Source of the DNA: Octopus vulgaris
Lineage: Eukaryota
DNA: 64,000 nt
Reading direction: 5' to 3'
Assembly (NCBI GenBank): GCA_951406725.2
Contig: OX597823.1
Coordinates: 106,144,001 to 106,208,000 of the forward strand
Position numbers and translations under genes: made by a program
Part shown: in pieces, positions 42,365 through 55,473 of the stretch
Numbering within the stretch: position 1 is the stretch's first letter
Layout: the number at the start of each line of letters is the position of its first letter
Notes under the pieces: generated by a model
Told to the model about the DNA's origin: nothing
Seen by the model: the letters and a program-made list of their open reading frames with translations, nothing else
Database searches by the model: none

Positions 42365-42654
42365 ATATAAAATTTAGCTACACACGCCCGCCCGCACGCG
42401 CGTGCGCACACACACACACGTACACACACGCACACACACACACACACAAGCGTACAGATTTACTGCGATACACATATGCAGCCTTATAGGTTGATCCACA
42501 TACATTCAGATACACACCAACGACACACACATATAGGAAATTAGCCTTATACACATACACGCTTATAGTCGCACGTTTGCAATTACATACACGCGCATTC
42601 ACAGACTCACACAAAAACTCATGAAACGTATAAACACACGAATTCCAATCACCT

Positions 42655-42910
42655 GTTTCCCTTTCTTTTCTGCCTTCCTTCTTTCTTTCTTTATCCTTTC
42701 TTTCTTCCTTCCTCCTTCCTTCCTTTCCGTCTTTCTTTCTTTCTTATTTTCTTTCTTTCTTCCTTTCTTTCTTACTCCATCTCTTTCTTTATCCTTTCTT
42801 TCTTCCTTCCTCCTTCCTTCCTTTCCGTCTTTCTTTCTTTCTTATTTTCTTTCTTTCTTCCTTTCTTTCTTACTTCATCTCTTTCTTTCTTTCTTTCATT
42901 CTACCTTTCT

Positions 42911-42954
<44 letters not shown>

Positions 42955-43095
42955 TCATTCTTTCTTTCTTTCATTCTTTCTTTCTTTCATTCTACCTTTC
43001 TTCTTTCTTTCTTTCTTTCTTTCTTTCATTCTTTCTTTCTTTCATTCTTTTTTTCATTTTACCTTTCTTCTTTATTTCTTTCATTTTACCTTTCT

Positions 43096-43127
<32 letters not shown>

Positions 43128-43519
43128 TCATTCTTTCTTTCTTTCATTCTACCTTTCTTCTTTCTTTTTTTCTTTCATTCTTTCTTTCTTTCATTCTACC
43201 TTTCTTTTTTCTTTCTTTTTTTCTTTCATTCTTTCTTTCTTTCATTCTACCTTTCTTCTTTCTTTCTTTCTTTCATTCATTCTTTCTTTCATTCTACCTT
43301 TCTTTTTTCTTTCTTTCTTTCTTTTTTTCTTTCATTCTTTCTTTCTTTCATTCTACCTTTCTTCTTTCTTTCTTTCTTTCTTTCATTCATTCTTTCTTTC
43401 ATTCTACCTTTCTTTTTTCTTTCTTTCTTTCTTTCTTTCATTCTTTCTTTCTTTCATTCTACCTTTCTTCTTTCTTTCTTTCTTTCTTTCATTCTTTCTT
43501 TCTTTCATTCTACCTTTCT

Positions 43520-43562
<43 letters not shown>
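42655..43562. repeat. Polypyrimidine (TTTC)n-based compound repeat
   Basis: Direct reading; recurrent ATTCTACC interruptions. Confidence 0.95.
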
Positions 43563-43659
43563 CCATGTAAAATATGACTAATGATCAACCTCCCTCCTTC
43601 CCAAACTTCAAATATAACGACTTCTTACCAAACTTTGTACCTACTTACTTGCTTCCTTG

Positions 43660-44000
<341 letters not shown>

Positions 44001-44063
44001 CTATCTATGTATCTATTTATATATCTAGCTACATAACTAACCACGTAGCTATCAGACTCTGTT

Positions 44064-44146
<83 letters not shown>

Positions 44147-44348
44147 AAGAAAGAGATAGTCTATGTCTGTTTGTCTCTGCCTGCCTACATTTTGAAGCTT
44201 ACATTTTGAATACATAGGTGTGAGTGGATATATATGTGTATTTATTAAGAGTAATAGTATGACAACAAAAGAATGAATGAGACCTCGTTATTATGTAAAT
44301 AGAGGAATTTATCAGTAAAATAATATGTGACAATTATTCGGTTACCAA

Positions 44349-44410
44349 ATTAAAACTCCGAGTTTCGGATGTCGGGGCGGAAATCTGCTCCGGCATCTCG
44401 TCAGTTATTA
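44349..44410 (-). ncRNA. Hammerhead motif with canonical CUGACGA core
   Basis: TAA-CTGACGA-GATGCCGG...CCGACATC-C-GAAA-CTCGGAG-TT-TTA. Confidence 0.65.
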
Positions 44411-44496
44411 AGACAAACAAAAATGCTATGAATATATATATATATATATATATAATGAGATGACAAAGAAAAGATGATTATGTTATGAATTACATT

Positions 44497-44577
44497 AGCT
44501 TTCAGCTGTTTCTGCTACAAGATACAGTGAACTCATAGTTGAGAGTTTGAATAACACCTCATAGCTTCATCGGAGCC
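44497..44577 (-). ncRNA. Hammerhead motif (U4C), cleavage-site U mutated
   Basis: GCT-CCGATGA-A-GCTATGAG...CTTGTAGC-A-GAAA-CAGCTG-AA-AGC; palindrome CAGCTG. Confidence 0.5.
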
Positions 44578-44628
44578 TCGAATATGAAGTGTCAGTTATT
44601 GGTCACGCAATGCCAATTCAATCAATAC

Positions 44629-44685
<57 letters not shown>

Positions 44686-45024
44686 CATATATATACATGT
44701 GTGTGTATATATGTATATATATGTATATGTATATACACTCACATACACATATATATGATTCTATATACATATGTATATAGGTAGATAGACATCCATATAT
44801 GCATACATGAATATATATATTTATATATATATATATATATATACACATACATACATATATATATGCGTGTGTCTATATGTGTGTGTATGATAGTTTTTTT
44901 TTGGCGCAGATACAGCAACATTAATTAATTAATATCCTCACGAACTGATCGATCTTTCTATATTGATTTCTATAAAAACAACTGGAAACTGCTGTGCGAA
45001 TTGGAGAGGAAGAGAGGGAAAAGA

Positions 45025-45073
<49 letters not shown>

Positions 45074-45389
45074 AAAAACAAGACGACTTTCAAATAGACT
45101 TAACTGCACACAGACTGTCAAACACATACACACACACATATACGCACATACATACACACACTCACACACACATATACGCACATACATACACACACTCACA
45201 CAAACATACATATGTTATACCTATATGTACTTACACATGTGTAGATAGATAGAAACATATACGCACAGTCACACACATGTATACATATATATATCGATAA
45301 ATTTAGAAACTACTAGGTCATCAGCATACCGATATGTATGTGTTTATATATGTATATATATATATATGTGTGTGTGTGTATGTGTGTGT

Positions 45390-45472
<83 letters not shown>

Positions 45473-45534
45473 TGTATTTGTCTATATTTATATGTATATT
45501 TGTATGTATATATATATACGTATATATGTACGTG

Positions 45535-45567
<33 letters not shown>

Positions 45568-45661
45568 ATATTGCTGTGTAAATATATATGCATACATATA
45601 TATGTATATCTATATACATATATAAGTATATATATGTATAGGTAAGTATATCTGTGTGGCC

Positions 45662-45718
<57 letters not shown>

Positions 45719-45721
45719 CAT

Positions 45722-45850
45722 GTTGAAGAATGGGTCAAAATTCCCATGACAAATCTGTTCGAGTCAATTCCTCGACGTAGTAACCTGTGATTAGTGCTAA
45801 ACGTAAACCAACTTCGTATAAAATAATAACTTCCATTTAGCAAGGTATCC
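45722..45850 (+). mobile_element. Tc1 transposase C-terminal remnant
   Basis: [26 protein letters not shown]; inverted homolog at about 50035-50155. Confidence 0.65.
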
Positions 45851-46149
45851 ACCTACTGAAGTTGATAAATAATAACATATTAGATCACACGACAAATAGG
45901 TGAAACAGGAACCGTGACATATCCTGTCTGACCATCTAACAATTCCATCAAACCACTGGCCAGGTTTAGCGTATTTTTAAAATGAAGCCGAAAGAAGGAA
46001 ACGCAAAATTGACCTGGAGTGGTGTGAGAGCTTAGAGAGTAGAGCCAGTTGCTGCAAGATATTATATAAAAAAACTGAAATGATTCAACAAAATCGTTAA
46101 CACAGCCTTCCTCAACAGGATTCCCGATAAAATTGTGACAATGATTGAT

Positions 46150-46420
46150 GGACGCAAAATTCATAAAATACTCCAATTCTAGAATATACTTGACGATATT
46201 GTTAACTAATCAGAAACAGTAATAGAACCCTTACACAGACCTATAATTGTGATGGTCAAGATTCGAAGTTCTGGCTCAATATGGTTGCACTATACACCAG
46301 CATTACTTCATCCAGAAGAAAATATCGTGTAGAAATTGGAAATGATCTATTCTAAACAGCAAGAAGCCTATATTGAAATTTGCAAAAGTCAATTTGCTGA
46401 AAAGAATAAACCTTTTTAAT
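46150..46420 (+). pseudogene. Possible Gypsy LTR RT remnant
   Basis: LDDIV*SETVIEPLHR..VMVKIRSSG resembles YLDDI..S....H...L; later NLQKS/QFAEK. Confidence 0.35.
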
Positions 46421-47082
46421 GTAGTATGTGTGTGTGTATGTACGTTTTGGTCTGTGTGAATTGTTTTAAATTGCTCGTAGGACATTGAGTATTGTTTTAG
46501 TAAAACATCGCAGTGGGAGCAAAAACCTTTCGTCGCAGCTGCTGATCTTGTGTTATGTCCTCTGGTGAGAGCATTGCATAATCGACATTTTCACTTATAT
46601 TTTGGAAGATTAAGGACTACACCGACTCGTTTGCTCATTAGATATTTTTTAGTTATCACGAGATATTTTGCATAAGTGCAACCATCGAGATTTGACGTGG
46701 TGTAATTAATGCTCCCGACTCCAAGATAAACTACATGTTTATATCGTTCTTTAATACAAGATCTGTCATGTAAACAGACGTTGCGAATTCGTTTATCTTA
46801 TAATTTTTCTTTTTCTCATAATAAGGGGAATCCCCTAAAACGTTAACTTCTATTTTGTTTTCCTATTTGTCTATATATTTCCATTGTGCACTTCTTCGAT
46901 TGCTCCTTCTTCTTTTTTTTCTTTTTGTTTTTCTGCGGTTTTTCTGTCACGTGGTTTAGCTTGCTTAACTCCCTGTAATATTTGTATCTTTTCTCTTCCT
47001 CGCTTTATGAACTAACTCGTATTATTTTTGTAATCTGTATATGTATGCATACATATATACACAAATATTCATACATACATAC

Positions 47083-47166
<84 letters not shown>

Positions 47167-47327
47167 ATATATATATATATACATATATAGATCAATAAAT
47201 GGTGGGGTTGTGTTGACCGCACGTGGAGAAATGATAAGTAAGGAAAATTTTTTTTTAAATGCAGAATGCTCAAATGAAAGAAAATTTTAATAAAATGAGA
47301 AAATGATAAAATATATAAATATATATT

Positions 47328-47368
47328 TATTCAACCGGTTTTCGTCATTGTATGACTTGTCAAGAATA
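47328..47368 (-). ncRNA. pLTR hammerhead ribozyme, U3-A8 variant
   Basis: TATTC-TTGACAA-GTCAT-ACA-ATGAC-GAAA-ACCGGT-T-GAATA, sense to and downstream of the PLE ORF. Confidence 0.75.
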
Positions 47369-47998
47369 TTTATGTTTTAAGAATTTTTTTTAAAATTAGA
47401 AAGGGGAAAAAAAGAAAATTGCATTGTTTTTTGTAAAAGAATAATGATAAAAATGTACAAAAATTAAAAATAAGTTCTCCGATACATTGTGAGTTCGTTG
47501 TGTATCTTGAGTTTTATGGTTGTTTACCAAAAAATTACCTTGAGGTGTTAAGATCCAAAGGGATTAAGAGCATGTGATGTGTTGTGTTGTTAAATTCAGC
47601 ATGTTGCAGGACAGGAAGTAGTAGTAATTGTGGTCCTGGTTCTTCAGTTCCTGTGTTGTGAGTAAGGGGAGACAACTCTTTTGAGTTCTTCAATAAAACC
47701 CAAATTATAAAACTATCATTTTAGCTTCATTTGCATTATCTTTTTTATATAATTGCTTGTTAACTTAACTTTCAGATTTTAACACTTTATTTATATTATT
47801 TTCTAATAATATAAATCTGCATAGACAATTGCATTTCAAATTGTCATATCATTTATAATAAAAATGATAGTAATAACAACAATAGTAAAAATGATATTTA
47901 AAGAATATAAGTTTTAGCTTGAAGTGATGAATGCATGGTATCTTTATATATTTGTGTTAGTCCATCCATGAAGAGTGAGGTAGAGAAAGGAAGTTTGA

Positions 47999-49323
47999 TC
48001 AACGAGGAGTTTGCATATTAAGTTGTGTTTGGAATTTTTCAATAAAGAGATTCTCCTTGTTAATTCTCTCCTGTGTGGTGATCCCGTCTTTACATTGGTA
48101 GAAGGGGAATATATAGAATTTGGGGTTTAAGTCTTTAGCACATGAGTCTAAGTGGTCACTCAGTGGAATTTGTCGGTATTCCGGGAGATTTATTTGTTCT
48201 TTATGCACCGTTACTCGTTTACGTAACGGGAGACTCGTTTGTCCAACATAATTATGTTGGCAACCAGCGCATGTGAGAACGTAGATAAGGTTCTCGGAGG
48301 AACAGGAGAAGTTAGTCTTGATTTTAAACTTCGTACCTTGTTTGAAGGTAAATTCAGAGCCTTCAAGTAGAAAGGGGCAGGTACCACAGTTTGAGCGTGC
48401 ACATTTTTTTACTGTTGGGGGTGGATGTGGTGTGTGAAGTTTGGCATTTGTCAAGAGTTTTTTTAAAGATTTGTGTTGCCTTTTGCATTTGAGGATTTTG
48501 TGTGTATTTATAATGTTTTTCATTTTTGGGTCTGTTGACAGTAGACTGAGGTTTTGTATGATTGTGGTGTATGCTTCGATATTTTTGGGGTTGTGGGTGG
48601 AAATGTATGGAAGTATTTTGAGGTTGTGTGTGGTGTTAGGTTGGGTGGTTTTCAGTGTAGTGTTGTCTAGTTCTTTGGCGCGTTTTATTCCATACTCTAT
48701 AAGGGTGGAGGGATATTGACGTTGTAATAGTGTTTTTTTGAGGTCTTGAAGGCGTATTTCTCGTGTTTTTGGATCCGAGACAATGGTGCATACCCTTTTA
48801 GCTAAATTGAAAGGGATATTTGTCTTGGTGTGTTTTGGGTGGCATGAACTAAAGAGGAGGTATTGTTGTGAGTCTGTAGGTTTGTGGTATGTATGTCTGT
48901 TATGATTTGGTTCTTAGGTGTTTTTATAATTAGGAGATCAAGGAATGGGAGATGATGTTTGCTTAATTCCATAGTGAATTGGATGTTGGGATGTATGTTG
49001 TTTAGTATGGTTTTGAATTCCAGGAGTTTTTCATAAGGTTCTTTCCATATGATGAAACAATCATCTAAATACCTTTTCCAGTTTTCCATTAGGTAGGTGT
49101 GGAAAACATGTCCAAATTTCTGGCTTAATATTTCAAAGAGTGACAGTTCGAAGTAACCCATTATGAGGTTCGCAAGGACTGGTGCAGCCTTGGTACCCAT
49201 CGCAATGCCACATTTTTTACGGTAGTGTGTGTCGTCGAAGAGAAAAAAATTGTTTGTCAGAATGAACTTAAGAGATTCTGTAATAAAAGACTTGTTAATG
49301 CGGTCAGGGAATGTCTCTGACAT
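47999..49323 (-). pseudogene. PLE polyprotein: RT C-half and GIY-YIG endonuclease, one frameshift near 48890
   Basis: [62 protein letters not shown]. Confidence 0.93.
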
Positions 49324-49326
49324 TAT

Positions 49327-49485
<159 letters not shown>

Positions 49486-50029
49486 GTATATATATATGGG
49501 GTACAGTATATTTATGTTATAAATATTTCATTGAATACTTGACTGGGCTGAAGTTTAATTTTGTTTTTTAGAATTTTATTTTATCAATAGTTTTATTAAT
49601 AGTTTTTTACATCTACTTTGTAAAAATAATGCTTCCAAATACATATTCAAGCCTTCCAGACCTTCATAGTCTTTTGTTCACCAATATATTCTGGCATCTG
49701 CAATGTCTCTCACTTGCTGGTAGAATTCATGCAGGCTTTTCGCTAATTTTGTTCTAGTTTTGACCATTAAACTTCGTCAAAGTCCCTAGTTTCCGTCTTG
49801 TTGAGGTCAACTTGTTGGGGTTAGAGGTATGAAAAGTAAAGGGTAAAAAATTTAACAAATCAACGTAACGAATCAAGGGGTTTAATAATGCAGAAGCCTC
49901 TACATAAAAATTATTTTATGAAAGTCTACACGAATTCAAAGAATATATGAGAAACAACGCAGATACTAAATATATTCAGTCGTTGAAGATGAGACTGTGG
50001 AGATGTGGAAATGGCGAATATGAATTTAA

Positions 50030-50630
50030 TGATTTGTTAAATGGAAGTTAGTATTTTATACGAAGTTGGTTTACGTTTAGTACTAATCACAGGTTAATAC
50101 GTTGAGGAATTGACTCGAACAGATTTGTTATGGGAGTTGTGACCCATTCTTCAAGTAAAACCTGCTTTAGCTCTTTCAGAGACAATGGTGGAGGGAAACT
50201 GCCCCTCAACCGCTGCTCCAAGTTGTACCATAAATGTTGGATTACATTGAAATTATGTAATTATGGGTTTTAGTTCAAGGTGTTTACTTTGCTTTTTTGA
50301 TCTTCGTACCAATTTTGAATAACATTAGCGGTGGGAATGGCAGATTATATTCCTGGAAGATTGTGCTACAATCAGGGATTAATGTTTGTGCAACATGAAT
50401 GGCATGTTTATCAAAAATACTCTCATAACCATAGCTGTTAACTCTACACGGAACTTTCATTGTTCTACATGTAGAATAATCAGTCTCGAGAGAATTCTAT
50501 GATACGACTACCAAAATCATGATAAAGGTACCACCGTATTTCACCGTATGGGCCAAACAGGCCTCGTTTGGCTGTGTCTACGTAGCTGTGTCGCTCCGAA
50601 GAGAAAAAAGAGTGGACGATGATTTATGAA
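50030..50630 (-). mobile_element. Decayed Tc1 transposase fragment
   Basis: HTVKYGGTFIMI, IFQEYN, NVIQHLWYNLE, EEWV. Confidence 0.65.
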
Positions 50631-50944
50631 TTCTAGCATGATTTTGGAGATTGTAATTCTCAAAACATTAAACAATCTGATAGTTTTCGTGGGTGAAGCT
50701 CAAGCCATCCGTGATAAACATATACATATATGCAAAGATACTTGTTCATAACGTATATTAATATATGCATGTACGAATATATATATATAGACTACCCTAG
50801 GTACTCGGCGTTGTTCGGAAGTTTAAAGAATGTTGAAGGAAATAAATATATTTATTCTGATAAAAAATATATTTCAGAAAAATTCTATCAGGAGACGTGA
50901 GTATAAACAAAACTATTAAAACATCCTGAAATGTATCACAGTTT

Positions 50945-51640
50945 AATTTTGTAGAACTTCTAAATATACAATGTTTTCAGTGTGTCCTTTCACTGGGGTA
51001 CAAAGAAAAAAGAGTTTTGGGACTTCCAACTCACGAACATCCTACATATAATTGCCCTTGAGAGAAACGAGGAGAGGCAAGGTTAAGTCCAACAACCTTG
51101 AGAGATTGTCCTTGGGATTTGTTTATCGACATAGCAAAACTTAGTTTCACTGAGAATTGGAGCCGTTTAAAATGAAAGGGGAGGTCATATGGGACTAGCG
51201 GGATCTGTGGAATGAAGTCATCCTTACCCTTATATTTCTCAGTAATAATTGCTGCCTCTAGGACATGGGGTTGCATCGCTTTCCTCACCAGTCTGGTGCC
51301 ATTGCACAGGCAAGGTGGATCCAGATTTCTGAGTAGCATGACTGGGGCCCCTTTTTAAGTGTAAAGTTGTGAGGTGGCATCCCAGATGGACGTAGAGAGT
51401 TCAGGAACTCAGTTGGGAAAAAAACTACAGCTTGGTCCTGATCAGTGACAGTGTCGATGGATTTGAAAGACTGTTCTTGTCCTGGCAACAGCTGCATGAG
51501 ATCCCAAATGACTTTGTCGACAGTATCACAACGTGGAGCTAAGATAGTTCGCTCGCATAGCCATTGGCTGTTGCTAAAGTTTTGAGCAATGCTTGGAAAC
51601 ACATGCACTTTGAGATCATTGACAGTTGGTGTCATCTCCC
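50945..51640 (-). pseudogene. Helitron PIF1-family helicase C-terminal fragment
   Basis: ERTILAP, PTEFLNSL..SGMPPH, LLRNLDPP.LCNGTRL, RLQFSVKLSFAMSINKSQGQSL, GQLYVGCS. Confidence 0.93.
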
Positions 51641-52097
51641 CACAGGGTACCTTGTGTTGCTATTGCATTTCTCCATATAAATGATAGCAAAGTGTTTATC
51701 AAATGAAATTAAAATTCTGGTTCAGTGACAGATCGACCAAGTTAGTAAAGTTTTAACGTGTTTGGTAGCAACATATTCTCTCTTGTAATTAAATATTGGA
51801 AAAGTGAAAAAATGCCACCTTCTCATTTGCAAGAGAAATTAAGTTAGCTTGGCTCGTGTAGGGTGCATCACATTGCATCTAACCTTTTCCAATGTCTAAT
51901 ATATACATGTACAACCTTTAGACCTTTATGGGGTGTGTGAGTAACAGGAGGGTTAAGAGGGATGATCGGGAGAGGGGAGGTTGGAAGGGTAGGAGAAAGG
52001 TTTCTCAACCCCCTTCCCCTTTACCCGGTGTTATAATTGAGAAGGGTATAGAAGGGGGTCGCAGCCCCACCTCTGGGAGGGGGCATCGTATGCAATG

Positions 52098-52560
52098 TTA
52101 GTTATCAGCATACAATATTTTTTAATCTCTATCCAAGTATAATTACTCTCATCTGATTTAAAATAGAAATATCCACTGTTAATTAGTAGAGTTGCTCCAA
52201 AAACATTAAAAATAGGTAAAGTAAGTTATCAGCATATAATATTTTTCAATCCGTATCCAAGAATAAATACTCACATCGGATTTAAACGTGAAACATCAAG
52301 TGTTAATAAGGCGAGTTGTTTCAAAAGTATCCAGAATATATATTGGAAGTTTATCAAGATATAACATTTTCTAATCCCTATCCAAATAGAAATAGTCACA
52401 TAGGATTTAAATATGAAATATCGAGTGTACTCTAGCTAATTTGATTAGGTCCATTCCACGAACAATTATTTGAATAACTCAAGTCGATATCTCTAACTTA
52501 TGTCACGGAAATATTGAAGTTTAAAATTTATAAATTTATCGCATAAATTGAACGATATCC
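52098..52560. repeat. Degenerate tandem repeat, about 124-bp unit, 3-4 copies
   Basis: agttatcagcat..aatatttt..tatccaa..gatttaaa..gaaa.atc recurs at about 52100, 52224 and 52348. Confidence 0.75.
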
Positions 52561-52930
52561 TACAGTGTATATTGCCTAAATTACCAAATGAATGAATGAT
52601 TTATATCAATGTAATGTGAGTTTCCACCGGGCGTGCGTCCGTATGAAGAGATTTCGTTATTTAGAATCCTTACTGTTTTTTTTCTTCTGAAAATTACATA
52701 AGTTGTGTGTAACAATCGAATTTTAAGTTTTATATTATAGTAATTCCCGTTCTTCACAGAGGCCCCTAATCTAAATATCATCTGTAAACATCTAAATACC
52801 AACTGTAAACAGCATTGTTAAACACCAACTACGACCAATTTGTGGAAGTAGAAATACTCATGGTACAGCTGGCAAGGTAACAACGCCGGTTAATGGAGTC
52901 AGGACTGCCTTATATAAAAATAAATACGAT

Positions 52931-53364
52931 AAATGCCCATGCAGAAATAAATCAAAATGTCCTTTGATGAATCTCTGCATGAGTACAAATGTTGTATATA
53001 AATGTACCCTGTACACAAGTGGAGGGCCCTATGTTTACATTGGCAGACGGCTGGTTGATTTAAAAATCGTTATCGTAAACATGTTGCAGGCTTTATGACA
53101 ATCAATAAGAGATATTCAACATCTTTGGCCGATTTTGTCTGGTGACTGAAGGAGGATAAAACTAAATACATCATTAATTGGTCCATAGTAAGGTGTGCAA
53201 AACCATACGATATAATTTCCAGGAGATGCTGTCTCTGCTCCAATGAATCCCTGTCTATTCTGTGGACTAACGAGAAAATAATTAACAGAACTTCTGAACG
53301 ACTCTCGAGATGCCTACATGCATATAAATGTACTTTCGCACAATGCAACGAGAATGAATTTTAA
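52931..53364 (+). pseudogene. Cys-rich GIY-YIG endonuclease (frameshift, two TGA); absent from the ORF track
   Basis: KCPCRNKSKCPLMNLC..NVVYKC..YVYIG / FKNRYRKH..TSLADFVW*LK..INWSIV..KPY..CCLCSNE..INRTSE..CLH. Confidence 0.85.
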
Positions 53365-53778
53365 GTAACCGTTAACTTAATTTAATTTACTTTAAGGTAA
53401 GGATGACTTAAGTTTACTTTTAATCTCATATTCTTATAAACACCAAGCAGATAGTTAACTCGCTTTGTGATCATGAGTGCACTAAAACTCACATGTGCAT
53501 ATGCTCACATTTTTGCGGATGCATGTATGAGTGAGTGTACTCGCTCCATGCACTTTGCCCAAAGGCATTTATACATCCATATCTGTTAACGGTTATTTTT
53601 AATACTTTTCTCGGTGGATTGCGTGTTAGTTTCCCTTTTTGTCATCTGCGATTTTATTTTTGATCTTCAATATAAATGAAGATATTTCCTCCGTCTGGTT
53701 GCTTTTCTCTCTACAAAATGGAAAGATACATTGCAGAACAGTCATTTTAATGAGTTGTATTTATTTACTTACTTATTT

Positions 53779-53883
53779 ATTACCCGACGATACGCGTCTG
53801 CACTGCCGGAGGCTCCTGAACCAGTTGTTGAGTGTCCAACCCAGGAGGAACAATGCTAGGTGTGTCGAAACAATTGTCGTGAT
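53779..53883 (+). ncRNA. pLTR hammerhead (U4C) with long branched stem II
   Basis: ATTAC-CCGACGA-TACGCGTCT...AGGTGTGTC-GAAA-CAATTG-TC-GTGAT; palindrome CAATTG, GUC site. Confidence 0.72.
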
Positions 53884-53996
53884 TAATAATAAATTCTCGT
53901 ATATTCCATCTTCTGTCTTTCATTTGTTATATATATGGCTACCGAATAATTGTCACATACTACATTTACAGATATATGTACATACATACACACACA

Positions 53997-54153
<157 letters not shown>

Positions 54154-54444
54154 CATCATATGTATAAGATTAGTAGAAAATAGAGACATCAACAAATAAA
54201 CATTAATTTATTACCATAACGTTACTTTCTAATTGCCTACAATTATTTCTATATTCAATTCATTCAAATTACAAATAATAAGTTAAAGATGCATTTTGAA
54301 TATTTTGAATATAGTGAGGAATCACATCGTAATCGATCGAGTGATCATATGAGATACATACAATCGCAGACACAGACGCAGACACACACACACACACACA
54401 CGCAGACACACATACATATGTATATATACATATATATACATGCA

Positions 54445-54577
54445 TAAAAGAAAATGCAGCAGAATCAGATAGTTCAGGTTTTTTTTTCTGAGCTCTGTAA
54501 AAGAAGTTGGAATGTTGGGTCTCCAGTAAGGCCTTTCACGATATCTTTGAAGCCAGGACATTTTCAGCACCCCTCAT
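54445..54577. mobile_element. Partial mariner-type MITE, same family as 59545-59767
   Basis: ctgtaaaagaa...ctccagt.agg..tttc...ccagga..ttttcagcacccctc. Confidence 0.7.
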
Positions 54578-55217
54578 GTGTCTATACACACCACACACAC
54601 GCACACGCACACACGACGAACACACAGACTAAGAAAACTTTTGAATTTGTCATATTGCCAACAGGTAAAAGAGTTAAATGAAACGTAGTGTTTCCATTAT
54701 TTTCTTCACATGTCTAAAATGTGTATGTCTAAAATATGTATATGTCTAAAATTATATGTATATGTGTGCGCGTGTGTGTATACATGCATATGCATTCATA
54801 GATAGATTCATCTTAAGAATGAACGGACACGCAAACATACTCACACACTCACACACACACGCATGCGCACATACACACTCACATACGCACACATACAAAA
54901 ACACTCGTACACACACACACACATACACACATATTCGGACACACACAAACATAAATCTGATGGCACGAAGACAGCTAACGCTAGAAACACAAAGACAGAC
55001 AGAAAAGGGACTTATATAAACACACACATATATGTATGATTATTATTATTATTATTATTATTGTTATCATATATTTATATACAAACGGAAAGATGAGAAC
55101 TGTCAAACCAACACCCAAACACCCTAGCGTATATACATAATATATATATTTGTGTGTCTGTGTGTATATATATATACACACACACACACAATCTGAATTA
55201 AATTATCACTGTATATA

Positions 55218-55250
<33 letters not shown>

Positions 55251-55252
55251 GG

Positions 55253-55285
<33 letters not shown>

Positions 55286-55290
55286 TATAC

Positions 55291-55321
<31 letters not shown>

Positions 55322-55343
55322 TATATATGTATATATGGATATA

Positions 55344-55390
<47 letters not shown>

Positions 55391-55412
55391 ATATATATAT
55401 ACACACACACAC

Positions 55413-55473
<61 letters not shown>

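Larger units (their letters stand above)
47190..49323 (-). mobile_element. Penelope-like element (Neptune-type), 5'-truncated, between (TA)n arrays
   Basis: RT + GIY-YIG ORF, about 800-nt 3' region with hammerhead; (TA)n on both flanks. Confidence 0.93.
50792..52560 (-). mobile_element. Internally deleted Helitron
   Basis: PIF1 helicase C-terminus followed by decayed 3' hairpin CCGAACAACGCCGAG near 50805; upstream boundary uncertain. Confidence 0.75.
52880..53935 (+). mobile_element. Second Penelope-like element 3' fragment (Naiad/Chlamys-type endonuclease)
   Basis: Endonuclease pseudogene, 3'UTR, hammerhead at 53779-53883, ends in TATATA. Confidence 0.8.

Noticed and set aside
53056-53145. 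Selenocysteine recoding of two TGA codons
   Set aside because: Not at apparent conserved Cys positions; frameshift nearby; no clear SECIS
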